From contig FR893385.1 of NCBI GenBank assembly GCA_000433315.1, forward strand, positions 29,667 through 93,666: a stretch of 64,000 bases of DNA, written 5' to 3'. Within the stretch, counting starts at the first letter, position 1. Each line of letters begins with the position of its first letter. Below the pieces are notes generated by a model. That model was not told the origin of the DNA. It did no database searches and saw only the letters and a list, made by a program, of their open reading frames with translations. The position numbers and the translations under genes are program-made. This document shows, in pieces, positions 51,001 to 60,801 of this stretch. This DNA is from Firmicutes bacterium CAG:345. Its GTDB lineage: Bacteria; Bacillota_I; Bacilli_A; RFN20; CAG-288.

Positions 51001-51098
51001 TATTCATTTTTTTCAAAAGATAATTTGTTAATTTTTGGTGTACAACTACTGATAGATAAAAGAGTTAATAAACTCAAAAACAATGATATTTTTTTCAT
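48090..51098 (-). CDS. large surface lipoprotein (1002 aa) with GLUG-motif repeats
   Basis: Lipobox LSISSC; repeated GGLVGSNSGIIENCW / GGFAGSNFGTIRNCY / GAFIGSNEGEITNCF motifs. Confidence 0.65.
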   Translation of the reverse strand: MKKISLFLSLLTLLSISSCTPKINKLSFEKNEYIVHSGEKISVVQNVSDVNYLIIGKNDYSIYLDEKTGIFKFDDMIPNYLQVMVIAKKDTLESEPIVVTLIHDYRQSEVSFNNLTDYIMNGEIISAQSSLSYSITYSLKDEVDGISIDSSSGKVNFAPSVLNDQAFTVVAKTHGNVQSEKTFYAIKSNFAKVENTRQAIEKNGNVDAIYFLDFSEIPDIEEKGIIALTTSRNNPVSSENYQYDKNQKKLRISSKYLSTLPYGENTLKIITARNTISINVEVATKFIYTAEDLQSINKNEESLSGYYILMDDIDLSSYLSENCEGYNDGKGWIPIGQYNDVTDSNVATRFAFKGTFDGNGHVVSNLLMNNKKDTYAFNAGLFGYVTSSATIRNLGVSGNLNVASYSGGLVGSNSGIIENCWSDVYLDVFSGESAYRYVGGFAGSNFGTIRNCYSSNDVRSDTYYGAFIGSNEGEITNCFARVQNNVQNFAGLGTIDDTSNHLFLTEQEMKSYDYSSVFSQDYWNIKDSDYPTLKENLKQYAVNKFEIDPNILKNNYYIGDKIDLNVNIYPRNYQEEYEEKVVYSIEKNGGAKIENGKILNTLNASKNEIVVNASIEIEGQTYFSSITIQLGKRIRDISLDNVLTNVTAGSSYKLEANLSPLDATEKVVYHLLGENLEGITVFGDTLNIEEDVTADSFQIYGSNQNNTIRSEIITVSIKKLQRINFSTIYLDDKNFEFILPSDKIKNISYLGQNVNYQQNGNIITISKDLFEDKKDEKLDFIFEDENQNLFIGSGYYLSHNAFTLDSIKEKENDIIEISSKEDFYKYFNLNESSYQSSKYENYNKTYVLTKDIDFQDDLINGIGFTKDGMTSHPFAGTIYGLGHTISNYQIKQNEYALIDSSSDSKNYGVGLFASLSGRLYDINIKNVKVSGKNFVGGLVGMMTGNSIVENCHLENETNSNITGYNNYIYTVGDIRVGGVVGRLFEGQVLACTYNGKEKNTIG

Positions 51099-51099
51099 T

Positions 51100-51981
51100 T
51101 TATCCTTTTAATCCTCCAGCAACTGTATTTTCTACAATCTTCTTTTGGAAGATACAATAAATTATTAAAACAGGAAGAATAGAAATAATAATGGCAGCAA
51201 AAATCATCGGATAATTGCCTTGACTTTGAAGTTCCATCTGAATAGCTTGTAAACCAACCGCTAAAGTTTTATGGCTTTTCAAAAACAAGAAAGGAGTTGA
51301 ATAATCATTCCATAAAGCAATTGATTGTAAGATACAACAAGCGATGATTGGGCCTTTGCACATTGGAATCATCACTTTAAAAAATATACCAAAATGTCCC
51401 GCCCCATCCATCTGCGCTGCTTCTGCATAGTTCCATGAAATACTTTGGAAAGATGAATGTAAAAGAATAAAGTTAAAGCCAAAGGCTCCTGAATATAAAA
51501 ATAGCACTCCTAAAATAGAATCATCTAAATGCAAAAACTCCATAAATCTAATTTGAGCCGGTAAAGTTCCAACAATTGGAACTACCATTGCAAATATCGC
51601 CATTCCATATAAAATTTTCTTTCCAGGAAAATCATATTTAGCTACACAATAAGCCGCACATGCAGAGAAAAATACATTCACCAATGTCCCAAGAATAGTT
51701 AATATCAAGGAATATCCAATCATCGATAATAAATTTTCCCCTTGTAAATTTTCCTGCAAAATTTTAATGTAGTTAGTAAAATCCCAATTGGATGGCCAAG
51801 ACCAATAATCTTTCAATGATGTTAAATGTCTCCATTCATCAACATTTCTAAATGAATTTAAAAGCATCCAAACAAAAGGAAATAATAAAGATATTGAATA
51901 TATAGCAAATACCGCAAATGCAACCCAAATACCAATCGATAACATTGGATTTTTTCTTTTCTTATTTTTCATATTTATCAC
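51100..51981 (-). CDS. carbohydrate ABC transporter permease (MalG-like)
   Basis: EAAQMDGAGHFGIFFKVMIP signature, 6 TM helices. Confidence 0.85.
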   Translation of the reverse strand: MINMKNKKRKNPMLSIGIWVAFAVFAIYSISLLFPFVWMLLNSFRNVDEWRHLTSLKDYWSWPSNWDFTNYIKILQENLQGENLLSMIGYSLILTILGTLVNVFFSACAAYCVAKYDFPGKKILYGMAIFAMVVPIVGTLPAQIRFMEFLHLDDSILGVLFLYSGAFGFNFILLHSSFQSISWNYAEAAQMDGAGHFGIFFKVMIPMCKGPIIACCILQSIALWNDYSTPFLFLKSHKTLAVGLQAIQMELQSQGNYPMIFAAIIISILPVLIIYCIFQKKIVENTVAGGLKG

Positions 51982-52956
51982 CTAACATTCAGTATCAGAA
52001 TATCTTCGGGAAAGTTGCTTTCTGATAAGTAAAATCGTAGGCGCAAGAATGACAGAGAAAAGCAAGCCGAATGCTGCAAAATATGGATATTGAGTCGGAT
52101 TATTAATTCCATTAAAAATAGTTCCAGCAATTGTTTCATTATTATTGAGATTAAATAAAACAGGTTGGAGATATAAAGTTAAAACGTTTGTCATCCCTAA
52201 AACAACTAAAGTTATTACCGTCGGCCAAACCATTGGAATCATGATTTTAGAAAATTGTTTGAAATTTCCAGCACCATCCATCTGAGCTGATTCAAAAAGT
52301 TCTTTCGGAATACGTCCAATTGCTCCAGAAAGCAATAAAACATTATATCCTAATCCAGCCCAAATACAATAAATATAAACAATAATAGAAGTACTCGGCC
52401 ATGTTTCAAAACGAATTCCCATAGCCCGAAATAAAGGATATAAAATTCCAGCACTCGAATCGATAGTCTGCATACGGAAAGCATAGACTAATGCAACTGT
52501 AGAAATAATATTTGGAAGGAAGAAAATTACTCTAAAGACATTAGCTAATGGCATTTTTTTAGATAAGAAATAAGAACAGACCAATGCTAAAGGCAAACTG
52601 ATAAAAATTGTTATCAAACCATATCCTAAAGAATTCAATAAAATCATTAAATTGTACGGAATTCTTGCACCATTTGATAAAGTAATCGATCCTAAATTAG
52701 GATCAAAAATTCTTTTGATAACATTGATAAAATTATCAAATCCTGCAAATGAAACATTTCCTTCCAAAGATATTTTTTCAAAAGATAATATAATAGAATA
52801 AGAATTGACAAATATCCAAGTTGCAAGGAATTGGATAACAGGATAGGCCAACAAAACAGCAACGAAAATCAATTCCTTTTTTCTTTTTCTGGACATCTTT
52901 TTCTTTTTAGGAGCTCCAGTAGTACATTTCTCCTCTAATTTAATTTCTTTTTCCAT
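51982..52956 (-). CDS. carbohydrate ABC transporter permease (MalF-like)
   Basis: ESAQMDGAGNFKQFSKIMIP signature. Confidence 0.85.
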   Translation of the reverse strand: MEKEIKLEEKCTTGAPKKKKMSRKRKKELIFVAVLLAYPVIQFLATWIFVNSYSIILSFEKISLEGNVSFAGFDNFINVIKRIFDPNLGSITLSNGARIPYNLMILLNSLGYGLITIFISLPLALVCSYFLSKKMPLANVFRVIFFLPNIISTVALVYAFRMQTIDSSAGILYPLFRAMGIRFETWPSTSIIVYIYCIWAGLGYNVLLLSGAIGRIPKELFESAQMDGAGNFKQFSKIMIPMVWPTVITLVVLGMTNVLTLYLQPVLFNLNNNETIAGTIFNGINNPTQYPYFAAFGLLFSVILAPTILLIRKQLSRRYSDTEC

Positions 52957-52971
52957 ATTAGTTTCCTCAAT

Positions 52972-54360
52972 TTATTTTTGATACAAGGAAACATTATCTA
53001 TATAAATAGTATTTCCTTTACTGCTTTCAACATTGATTCTAATTCTTTGAGTATTTTTGGGGGCAATTCCATCTATCATATATAAATTCAAATTATCGGA
53101 ATCAACTTCAACTTCTTTAAATTCTAGAATTTCTGTATCAGTAGCTCCGTAATATCTTAAAACTACCTTTCCCTTTCCTTTTCCATAAAAAGAAAGTGTA
53201 TGTTCAAAATTTTCATAGACTGAATCAATTATTTGATAAGCTAATCCTTCATCTTTGACAAATAAACATTTAGATTCATCTTTTCCTTCATATTCAATTA
53301 CATTGCAAACCTCTTCAATTTCTTTATCTTCTGTTATTCTTTTAGTTGCATTCCAACCGCCGATTCTCGAATTTTTCAACAAGACGTTATCAAAATCACC
53401 ATTAGAAATTTTATTATTAACCGGAGAAGAAATTGGCTCGCTTGGATATTCATAATCTTCTGCATATCCATTGACAGCAGGATTAAATTTTGTAAAAGGC
53501 TGATCTAAAAAAGGAATATATTTCACATAATCAACATACATATAATCTGTTTCAAAATTTGCTGTTCCAACAAATGCCGAAGTTACTGGAAACCAACATC
53601 CAACCCAAAGTCGAGATTGCATCAGAGGAACAAAAACATTAGAGATAGCTGATATTTTTCCATCTACATAATAAATAACTTTTTCAGGATTAGTGTACCA
53701 ATCAAATCCAAAGGTATGCCATTCTCCATCATTATAATAAGAAGGGCTTCCATTAATTGTCTCAGAATTTACATCTTGAGAATTTGAAAACTGCTCGGTT
53801 ATATAATTTGTATTTAAAACATTAGTAAATGATATCGTATTACTTCTTGTTCCACCAGGAAGTTCAATATCTATTTCATGATTCAATGCATTTTCAGTGT
53901 CATACGCGAATGTCCAAAAAGCAGAGCAAGCACCTTGTCGAGGCAAAACTTTCATTTTAATTTCATATCTTCCTGATTGAACAAGAAATTTTGAAATTAG
54001 AGCTCCACCAGTATAGCGACCATCTTTAATATCACCAACTCCTCTTATATCATTATCGTCATAATAAGCACCATTAGCTTGAATAACTAAAGAACCATCA
54101 TCGGTATATTTTATATTTTCTGGAATTACTCCACCATTAGAGCCACCCCATGCTTGTTTTCCAATATACCAATTTTCTTTTGATACTCCAGTAGAAAAAT
54201 CATCAAAAAAAGCATTATCATAATCCAATTTAACATTTTCTAACAAAGAAATATCATCCCCGATTTTCATTTCCGTAGAATTTGATGTATTATTAGAACA
54301 AGAGGTCAAACAAAGTATAATAGATAAGAAAGAAATTCCTCTAATTATTTTCAAACTCAT
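52972..54360 (-). CDS. GH16 beta-glucanase lipoprotein with C-terminal carbohydrate-binding domain
   Basis: Lipobox LTSC; NHEIDIELPGG catalytic ExDxxE motif; extra ~180-aa C-terminal beta-sandwich. Confidence 0.8.
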   Translation of the reverse strand: MSLKIIRGISFLSIILCLTSCSNNTSNSTEMKIGDDISLLENVKLDYDNAFFDDFSTGVSKENWYIGKQAWGGSNGGVIPENIKYTDDGSLVIQANGAYYDDNDIRGVGDIKDGRYTGGALISKFLVQSGRYEIKMKVLPRQGACSAFWTFAYDTENALNHEIDIELPGGTRSNTISFTNVLNTNYITEQFSNSQDVNSETINGSPSYYNDGEWHTFGFDWYTNPEKVIYYVDGKISAISNVFVPLMQSRLWVGCWFPVTSAFVGTANFETDYMYVDYVKYIPFLDQPFTKFNPAVNGYAEDYEYPSEPISSPVNNKISNGDFDNVLLKNSRIGGWNATKRITEDKEIEEVCNVIEYEGKDESKCLFVKDEGLAYQIIDSVYENFEHTLSFYGKGKGKVVLRYYGATDTEILEFKEVEVDSDNLNLYMIDGIAPKNTQRIRINVESSKGNTIYIDNVSLYQK

Positions 54361-54414
54361 ATAGAACCTCCTATGTATAATTTATCTTAACACAGGCATA
54401 TTTCCAATGCAATA

Positions 54415-54429
54415 TTTAACTTTGTTAAA
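54415..54429. promoter_or_regulatory. palindromic operator TTTAACTTTGTTAAA (copy 1)
   Basis: Perfect 6-bp half-sites TTTAAC/GTTAAA; the 19-bp context ATTTAACTTTGTTAAAAAA is repeated at 54525. Confidence 0.5.
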
Positions 54430-54484
54430 AAATAAAAGAAAGCCTTTTCAATAGTGTTTTATTGAAATAAATACGCTTTTCTCT

Positions 54485-54513
54485 TGACTATATCCATATT
54501 TGAATCTATAATT
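54485..54513 (+). promoter_or_regulatory. sigma-A promoter TTGACT-N17-TATAAT for the solute-binding-protein gene
   Basis: Near-consensus hexamers with 17-bp spacing. Confidence 0.6.
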
Positions 54514-54524
54514 TAATCATATTA

Positions 54525-54539
54525 TTTAACTTTGTTAAA
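54525..54539. promoter_or_regulatory. palindromic operator TTTAACTTTGTTAAA (copy 2), just downstream of the promoter -10
   Basis: Identical to the copy at 54415; positioned at about +1 to +20. Confidence 0.5.
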
Positions 54540-54554
54540 AAAGGAGATAAGCTG

Positions 54555-55982
54555 ATGAAAAAGAAATATGTAGCATGTTTTTTAGCAACATGCCTAGTAT
54601 CCACTGTCCTTGCAAGTTGCAACAATAATACTACAAACGAAAAAGAATTAAAAATTGTTTATTATTCAGCAGGTTATGGTGAAAAATGGATAAACGATTT
54701 AGTTTCTATATTTGAAAAGAACCATGAAGGTGTTAAAGTTAATTTAGAAGCGAGTTACAATGCTGAAAGCATTATCAGACAAAATTTAAATTCATCAAGA
54801 AATAGCGATGACTTATACATTTCCACTGGTTCAACCTGGAAATCATATGCTGCAACAGGTAAGTTTGCAGATTTAACTGATTTTCTAAATGAAACAGTCG
54901 ATTCCACTTCCAATATTACCGTAAAAGATAAAATCAACGACGAATATAAAGATTCTATTTATTATAAAAGAAGTGATGGCTCTACAAAATCTTATCGATT
55001 ACCTTTTACTTCCGGTGTAGGCGGAATATTCTATAATAAAAAGATGTTTGAAAGCAATGGTTGGAAAATTCCAGAAACCTATAAAGAACTTATGAATCTT
55101 TGCGAAACTATCGTTAAAAATCCCGTTGCTGTTCCAGGTGATCCTGATGGTACAACTATGGTTAAACCTTTTGTTTATACTGGATCAAATACTGATTACT
55201 TTGATTACACAGTTTTTGACTGGTGGAGTCAAATTGTTGGCAAAGATGCTATTCAAAACTTTTTAAAATATGATAATCCTGAAAACTTCGATGTCAGCAA
55301 AAATGAAACATATAATGGCTTAAAAACAGCAACTCAAAGATGGAATGATCTATTTGCTCCTGAAAAAGGGTATTATGTTTTAGATAGAAATGCAACAAGT
55401 GCAGCCGATGCTCAAAGAGATTTTATCAATGGCTATGCTGCTATGATGTTCAATGGTGATTGGCTATATAATGAAGCCTTGAATTATACAAATAGTGGAA
55501 CATTTGATTCAACATTTGAATTAGGCATTATGAAAACTCCTGTTCTTGAAGAAGCTAAGGAAGAATATAAAGATACTTCTTATATTATCGGTGAAGATCA
55601 ATATATTGCTATTCCTGCTTCTAGTTCTAAAAAGGAATTAGCGCAAGAATTTATCAAACTTATGATAAGTGATCAAGGATGTGAAATTTTTGCTAATGAG
55701 GGTCATGGTATCTTAGCCTATAAATCCGATTTTTCAAAAATGAATATTACCGATAGTTTTATGAATGAATATTTAAACCTTAGAGAAAAATATACATATA
55801 AATTCACTAATTTCTCAAATGATAGAAAATATTTAACTAATTATATCGATATTTGGGGGACTTCTGCCACCCGTCCATTCTTATCAATATTAAATGGTAC
55901 TTTAAATATTGATAAAGCTTTTAATAATATCCGCGATACTGTCAATGCATCATGGAATGATTGGACTTCACAAAGCAATTAA
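54555..55982 (+). CDS. ABC transporter extracellular solute-binding lipoprotein (family 1, sugar)
   Basis: Lipobox LASC; 475 aa SBP_bac_1-like. Confidence 0.8.
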   Translation: MKKKYVACFLATCLVSTVLASCNNNTTNEKELKIVYYSAGYGEKWINDLVSIFEKNHEGVKVNLEASYNAESIIRQNLNSSRNSDDLYISTGSTWKSYAATGKFADLTDFLNETVDSTSNITVKDKINDEYKDSIYYKRSDGSTKSYRLPFTSGVGGIFYNKKMFESNGWKIPETYKELMNLCETIVKNPVAVPGDPDGTTMVKPFVYTGSNTDYFDYTVFDWWSQIVGKDAIQNFLKYDNPENFDVSKNETYNGLKTATQRWNDLFAPEKGYYVLDRNATSAADAQRDFINGYAAMMFNGDWLYNEALNYTNSGTFDSTFELGIMKTPVLEEAKEEYKDTSYIIGEDQYIAIPASSSKKELAQEFIKLMISDQGCEIFANEGHGILAYKSDFSKMNITDSFMNEYLNLREKYTYKFTNFSNDRKYLTNYIDIWGTSATRPFLSILNGTLNIDKAFNNIRDTVNASWNDWTSQSN

Positions 55983-56087
55983 AATTTTATATTATCAATC
56001 CTAAACTAAGAAGAAAACTAACTCTTCTTAGTTTTTATTTGCAAAATAATAATATTTTAACTAGTATAATTATATAGAGGAAGAAAA

Positions 56088-56630
56088 ATGAAATTAACAG
56101 TTAATAAAATCGATAAAAAATCAAAAGATTTTAAAGAAGCAAAAAAGCTATTAAAAAAGTCCTACGCTAAGGATGAACTATATCCGTTTTGGATAATGAA
56201 CTTTATGGTAAAAAAAGGAAGAGCTGAATTTTTAGGCTTTTATGAAGAAGATAAATTCATTGGTGCAACATTTACCACTTCAAGCAATAAAGGAATTTTA
56301 ATATGGTATCTTGCTGTCAATGAAGAACTTCGTCATAAAGGATATGGATCAAAAATTATTTCTTCATTTAAAACCTTATTTAAAAATATAAATATTTATG
56401 CCCATGTTCCTCTTGTTGAAGACTACAAAAAATATCAAAATGAAATAGAAATTCTTGAGAAATTTTATTCCAAAAATGGTTTCTATAACACAAAATATAA
56501 AATTGAAAATGATGGTGACCAACATATAGTATATTCCACAAGAATCTTCAATAAAGATGAATATATATCCCTAGCAAAATTATTATCATTTGGTGTTTTT
56601 AAACCTAAAATTGAAAAGATTGATAAATAG
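56088..56630 (+). CDS. GNAT family acetyltransferase
   Basis: LAVNEELRHKGYGSKII acetyl-CoA-binding motif. Confidence 0.6.
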   Translation: MKLTVNKIDKKSKDFKEAKKLLKKSYAKDELYPFWIMNFMVKKGRAEFLGFYEEDKFIGATFTTSSNKGILIWYLAVNEELRHKGYGSKIISSFKTLFKNINIYAHVPLVEDYKKYQNEIEILEKFYSKNGFYNTKYKIENDGDQHIVYSTRIFNKDEYISLAKLLSFGVFKPKIEKIDK

Positions 56631-56635
56631 AATAA

Positions 56636-57373
56636 ATGAAAAATAAAATTATAAACAAAAGCTTCATCATTGCTTTGCTTTTGTCTTTTTGTGGTGGATT
56701 CATTGAATTATATTCTGTTAAAATTCATGGGGTTTTTGCTTGTATGCAAACAGGAAATATGATAAATATGTTTGCTAACTTTTTTGATAACAAAATATAT
56801 TTAGGTTTAGAAAATATTTCCGTTGCAGTCATATTCTTCTTAGGATGTATACTTGCTGAAACATTAAAACTTAAATTAGAAAACAAAATTAAATATTTCA
56901 ACACATTAATTCTATTTTTAATGATTGTTTTTGCTTCTATTATTGTTATTTTTCCTTTAAATATTGATAACGCATCAAAAAGTCAACCAAATATATATGA
57001 TATTATTTCCAACGCTTGTCTAGCTTTAATTGGAGCTTTTCAATTTTGTATATTTAAGGAAGTAAATAATATCGGTTATACTTCAACAATGATGACAGCC
57101 ACACTTAGAAATATTTCTGCTAATCTAGTCAGTGGAATAATAGAAAAAAACAAAACAAAATTAGTAATAACATTAGAATATATAGCTTTTCTTTTTTGTT
57201 TTATACTAGGTTCTATTATTTTTTATATTCTTTTTAAATATAATTCCAATAGAAATAATTTGTTATTAATTCAATTATTACCATTAATAATTTCTTTTAC
57301 TTTATTGATAACTTTAATCATTTCTATTTTTGTTGACAAAGAAAAATATAGTGATAAAAAAAATAAAATATAA
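56636..57373 (+). CDS. YoaK-family (DUF1275) membrane protein
   Basis: GGFIELYSVKIHGVFACMQTGNMI N-terminal signature. Confidence 0.55.
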   Translation: MKNKIINKSFIIALLLSFCGGFIELYSVKIHGVFACMQTGNMINMFANFFDNKIYLGLENISVAVIFFLGCILAETLKLKLENKIKYFNTLILFLMIVFASIIVIFPLNIDNASKSQPNIYDIISNACLALIGAFQFCIFKEVNNIGYTSTMMTATLRNISANLVSGIIEKNKTKLVITLEYIAFLFCFILGSIIFYILFKYNSNRNNLLLIQLLPLIISFTLLITLIISIFVDKEKYSDKKNKI

Positions 57374-57530
57374 ATCACATAATAGAAACTTATTATTGAA
57401 TTTTTTTCTTTTTTTTAGTATAAATAAACATAGAAAAAAGCAAAATTGTTGTAAAGCAATGACGCAAAACTATAGGGTCCATTTTGGACAGCCAGTTGCC
57501 AATATATTAGGAGAATAGAACTGGAATACT

Positions 57531-58421
57531 ATGGATAAAAGTAAATTTAAAACTATGTTGTTATCATTAGTAATGTGTAGCAGTTGTGTTTTAGCTACTG
57601 CTTTTTCTACAGTAGCCTGGTTCGAAGCTAAAAGACAACAAGAAATAGCTGGGGACAACCATATTAATGTTGTTAGTTTTGATTCTAAAATAACTTTATT
57701 TGAAGCTTATAAATTTAATTATAGCCTTTTAAGTACAGAAGAAGAAGCAATATATGATTACGATAATCCTTCAACTGGAAAAGTAATAAAAATTGAAGAA
57801 GCAAATGTCGCTAATGCAAAAATGAATATTTTTGATCCCGCATATTTAATTATTAACGATAATGCTGATCTATATAGTCTTAATACAAATATCGTTTATA
57901 AAATTGTATTAGAAACAGAAATTCCCGAGAAAGTAAATGTACTTATTTCTTTTGTAAAAAAAGAAATGAGTAGAGAAAAAGATAACCTATATATATCTCG
58001 CTATACTGATATTCAAGTTTTTTCTCAAGCAGAAGTTAACAATTGTATAAAATCAGAAACAGAAACTTCTACTTTTTATCCAGATTTTTATAAAGATACA
58101 GAAAATAAAACTGATTATGATCCTACATATTATGCTGTTTCTTATCTATCAAAAATTTATAAAGATGATGATGTACTAGGAAAGAAACATCTTTATGATA
58201 GTACTAAAAAAGAAGACTACAATACTGAAGCAAATGAAATTACAATTAGACACGATAATGATTCTATATCTAATATTTCTGGAGGTAGTGAATTTGCCTA
58301 CTACATTAATATTAATTATTCTCCAGATCAATTAAAAGAATTTGCATTTAGAGGACAAGATGGTGCTATCCCAGTCTATTATGATTGCGATATAAAAATA
58401 ATTATTGGAGAAGGAAGTTAA
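57531..58421 (+). CDS. hypothetical secreted protein
   Basis: N-terminal signal/TM anchor, 296 aa. Confidence 0.45.
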   Translation: MDKSKFKTMLLSLVMCSSCVLATAFSTVAWFEAKRQQEIAGDNHINVVSFDSKITLFEAYKFNYSLLSTEEEAIYDYDNPSTGKVIKIEEANVANAKMNIFDPAYLIINDNADLYSLNTNIVYKIVLETEIPEKVNVLISFVKKEMSREKDNLYISRYTDIQVFSQAEVNNCIKSETETSTFYPDFYKDTENKTDYDPTYYAVSYLSKIYKDDDVLGKKHLYDSTKKEDYNTEANEITIRHDNDSISNISGGSEFAYYININYSPDQLKEFAFRGQDGAIPVYYDCDIKIIIGEGS

Positions 58422-58439
58422 AAATTTAACTTCTTTTTT

Positions 58440-58990
58440 TAAAATTATATTTTCCTATCAGTAGTAAAATCCTTCCTGATAAAGCCTTTTTATAAAAGTA
58501 AAGATTTGTTTTTCATCCACTTCAAAATGAAAAACAAATGAGAAGCCTATTTCAATTTCATTACAATTACGCGCATTTTCTTTTAGATCTTCCACAGTTT
58601 ATCCAGGATGATAGAAATCAATAAGATAATCTTCAATACCATATGCTTCAAATTCTTATCCATCAATTTTTTTAAAAGAATACATCAATACCATATTCCG
58701 TTTCAACTTTGTAGATACAGATATTTTATCAAATTAAATCTCAATATCACAAAGACCCTTTAAACTAATTACTGAAATTAGGATAAGACTCTCGTATTCA
58801 ATTTCCTTTTTCATCTTTATGATAATGAACATTATACCAACTAGATTTTATTTCACAAATCCTATCGAATAAAACATCATAAATTTCTTTTTGCCTATAT
58901 TCTAAATGATGATAAGCTGTATTTATTTCATTCAATACATTAATATTCATTCAATAATTTTACTAACATTTAAAATAAAATCAGTTTTAC
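58440..58990 (-). pseudogene. decayed gene remnant
   Basis: Minus-strand translation gives protein-like stretches (MNINVLNEINTAYHHLEYRQKEIYDVLFDRICEIK...; ...EAYGIEDYLIDFYHPG*TVEDLKENARNCNEIEIGFSFVFHFEVDEKQI) interrupted by several stops and frameshifts. Confidence 0.35.
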
Positions 58991-59290
58991 TTCATCCAAT
59001 ATGACAGAAAAAATAACATCACCTCATAAAAAGTTTCACACGTATAGTGCTATATTTTATTCACAAAAATACTAAAATAGTAATTCATATGACAGATTAA
59101 TCTAAATCATTTTTTAATCAATTCTTATACCTTAATGCTTAACATACATTTACCATCATCAATATAACATCTACAATCCAAACCTAATCTTAAATCGGCT
59201 AATTAATAGATATTTTTCCTTAAAATTGTATTTAGGTACTTATTAATCTTCTGTACCCATTCAAGCAATAATCTCATATAATTTTCAAAA

Positions 59291-60559
59291 TTAAATTGAC
59301 TCTTTCCCAAGAAATAAATCTATTGCATTAATATGGTGAACACCATCTTGCTGATCTCTAAAAATATCAAGTGAAATAATATATCTAGGGTATCCATCTC
59401 TAATTTTTCTAAATGGTCTATATTCTCTTTCTTTCACTTTTTCATTTCCAGTCATAGAATATGTAACTTGGATATATGCATATTCTCCATTATTTTTTCT
59501 AACAATAAAATCGCATTCAAATTTTCCAATTTTTCCCACGCTTACTTGATATCCATTACTTACTAAATATAGATAAACTAAATTTTCTAATGATGGTCCA
59601 TAATTTAAATTGTTATTAGTACTAAAAGAAAAATATAAAGCCAAATCTGCTAGATAAAATTTTTGATCTCTTGTTAATGATTTTTTTGATTTTAAATCAA
59701 ATCGATTACATTCATACACTATTTTAGCTTTTTTTAAAATTTCTATATAATTTTTAATTGTTGTAATTTTTGTATTAATTCCTGCCTCAACTAGAGAATC
59801 ATAGAATTTTTTAAGCGAAAAAGGTGATGCATAATTATTAATTATATATGATTGTACTCTTTCAAAAAGTGCTTTATTAGATATCCTATTTCTTGTCCTA
59901 ACATCTTTATTAAAAATTTCACTTATAATTTTTCTTGTATAAAGTTGATTTGATCTTAAATCATCAAACTCAATTGCTTTAGGAAAACCTCCTTCAATAA
60001 TATAAGAATTAAATTCTTCGTAAATATTCTCATTTATTTTTTTATTAAAGAACTTTTTCATTTCTATATATTCATAAAAATCTAGTGGATATGTTTCAAA
60101 AGTTATATATCTGCCTGTAAGCTTAGTAGAAATTTCATCACTTAATAAATAAGAATTTGAACCAGTTAAAAAAACAGAATATCCTTCTTCTTCATATTGA
60201 AGTATTACCTTTTCAAAGCCTTTAACGTTTTGAACTTCATCAATAATTAAATAATACTTTTCAGAATCATTAATGCATTCTTCTATTCTTTTTTCTAATT
60301 GTTCAGGAGTAACAATATCTTTATATCCTCTTTTATCAAGGGGTAAATAAATTATTCTATCAGATACCCCTCTTGCACCAAGTTCATCAATAATTGATTT
60401 TAAAATAGATGATTTACCTGATCTTCTTATGCCTGTAATAACCTTAACAATATCACTATCATAAAAAGGTCTAATTCTAGCCAAATACTTTTCTCTAGGA
60501 TAAATTTTATCTTTCATATAGTCATCTTCTTTCAGCACAATTATATCATTAATCCTCAT
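59291..60559 (-). CDS. AAA-family ATPase with DUF4143 domain
   Basis: Walker A GIRRSGKSS, 422 aa. Confidence 0.7.
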   Translation of the reverse strand: MRINDIIVLKEDDYMKDKIYPREKYLARIRPFYDSDIVKVITGIRRSGKSSILKSIIDELGARGVSDRIIYLPLDKRGYKDIVTPEQLEKRIEECINDSEKYYLIIDEVQNVKGFEKVILQYEEEGYSVFLTGSNSYLLSDEISTKLTGRYITFETYPLDFYEYIEMKKFFNKKINENIYEEFNSYIIEGGFPKAIEFDDLRSNQLYTRKIISEIFNKDVRTRNRISNKALFERVQSYIINNYASPFSLKKFYDSLVEAGINTKITTIKNYIEILKKAKIVYECNRFDLKSKKSLTRDQKFYLADLALYFSFSTNNNLNYGPSLENLVYLYLVSNGYQVSVGKIGKFECDFIVRKNNGEYAYIQVTYSMTGNEKVKEREYRPFRKIRDGYPRYIISLDIFRDQQDGVHHINAIDLFLGKESI

Positions 60560-60801
60560 TTAAAGGTAGTGTTTTTTATTTTTTTCTAAAAAAGTTACCC
60601 TTAAAAAGCATTTATCACTATTGTCTATACGTTTTTAATTTTAAACATAATATTTATTATTTAAATACTATAATAAAAAATTTAAAAACACACTAATTAT
60701 TTATATCCTATCTTTAATAACAATAAAATATTACTAAAATAAATTTTAAAAAATTATAGAAAAAAACCGATAATTACTTATCGGTCTTATTCTTTTTTAG
60801 A

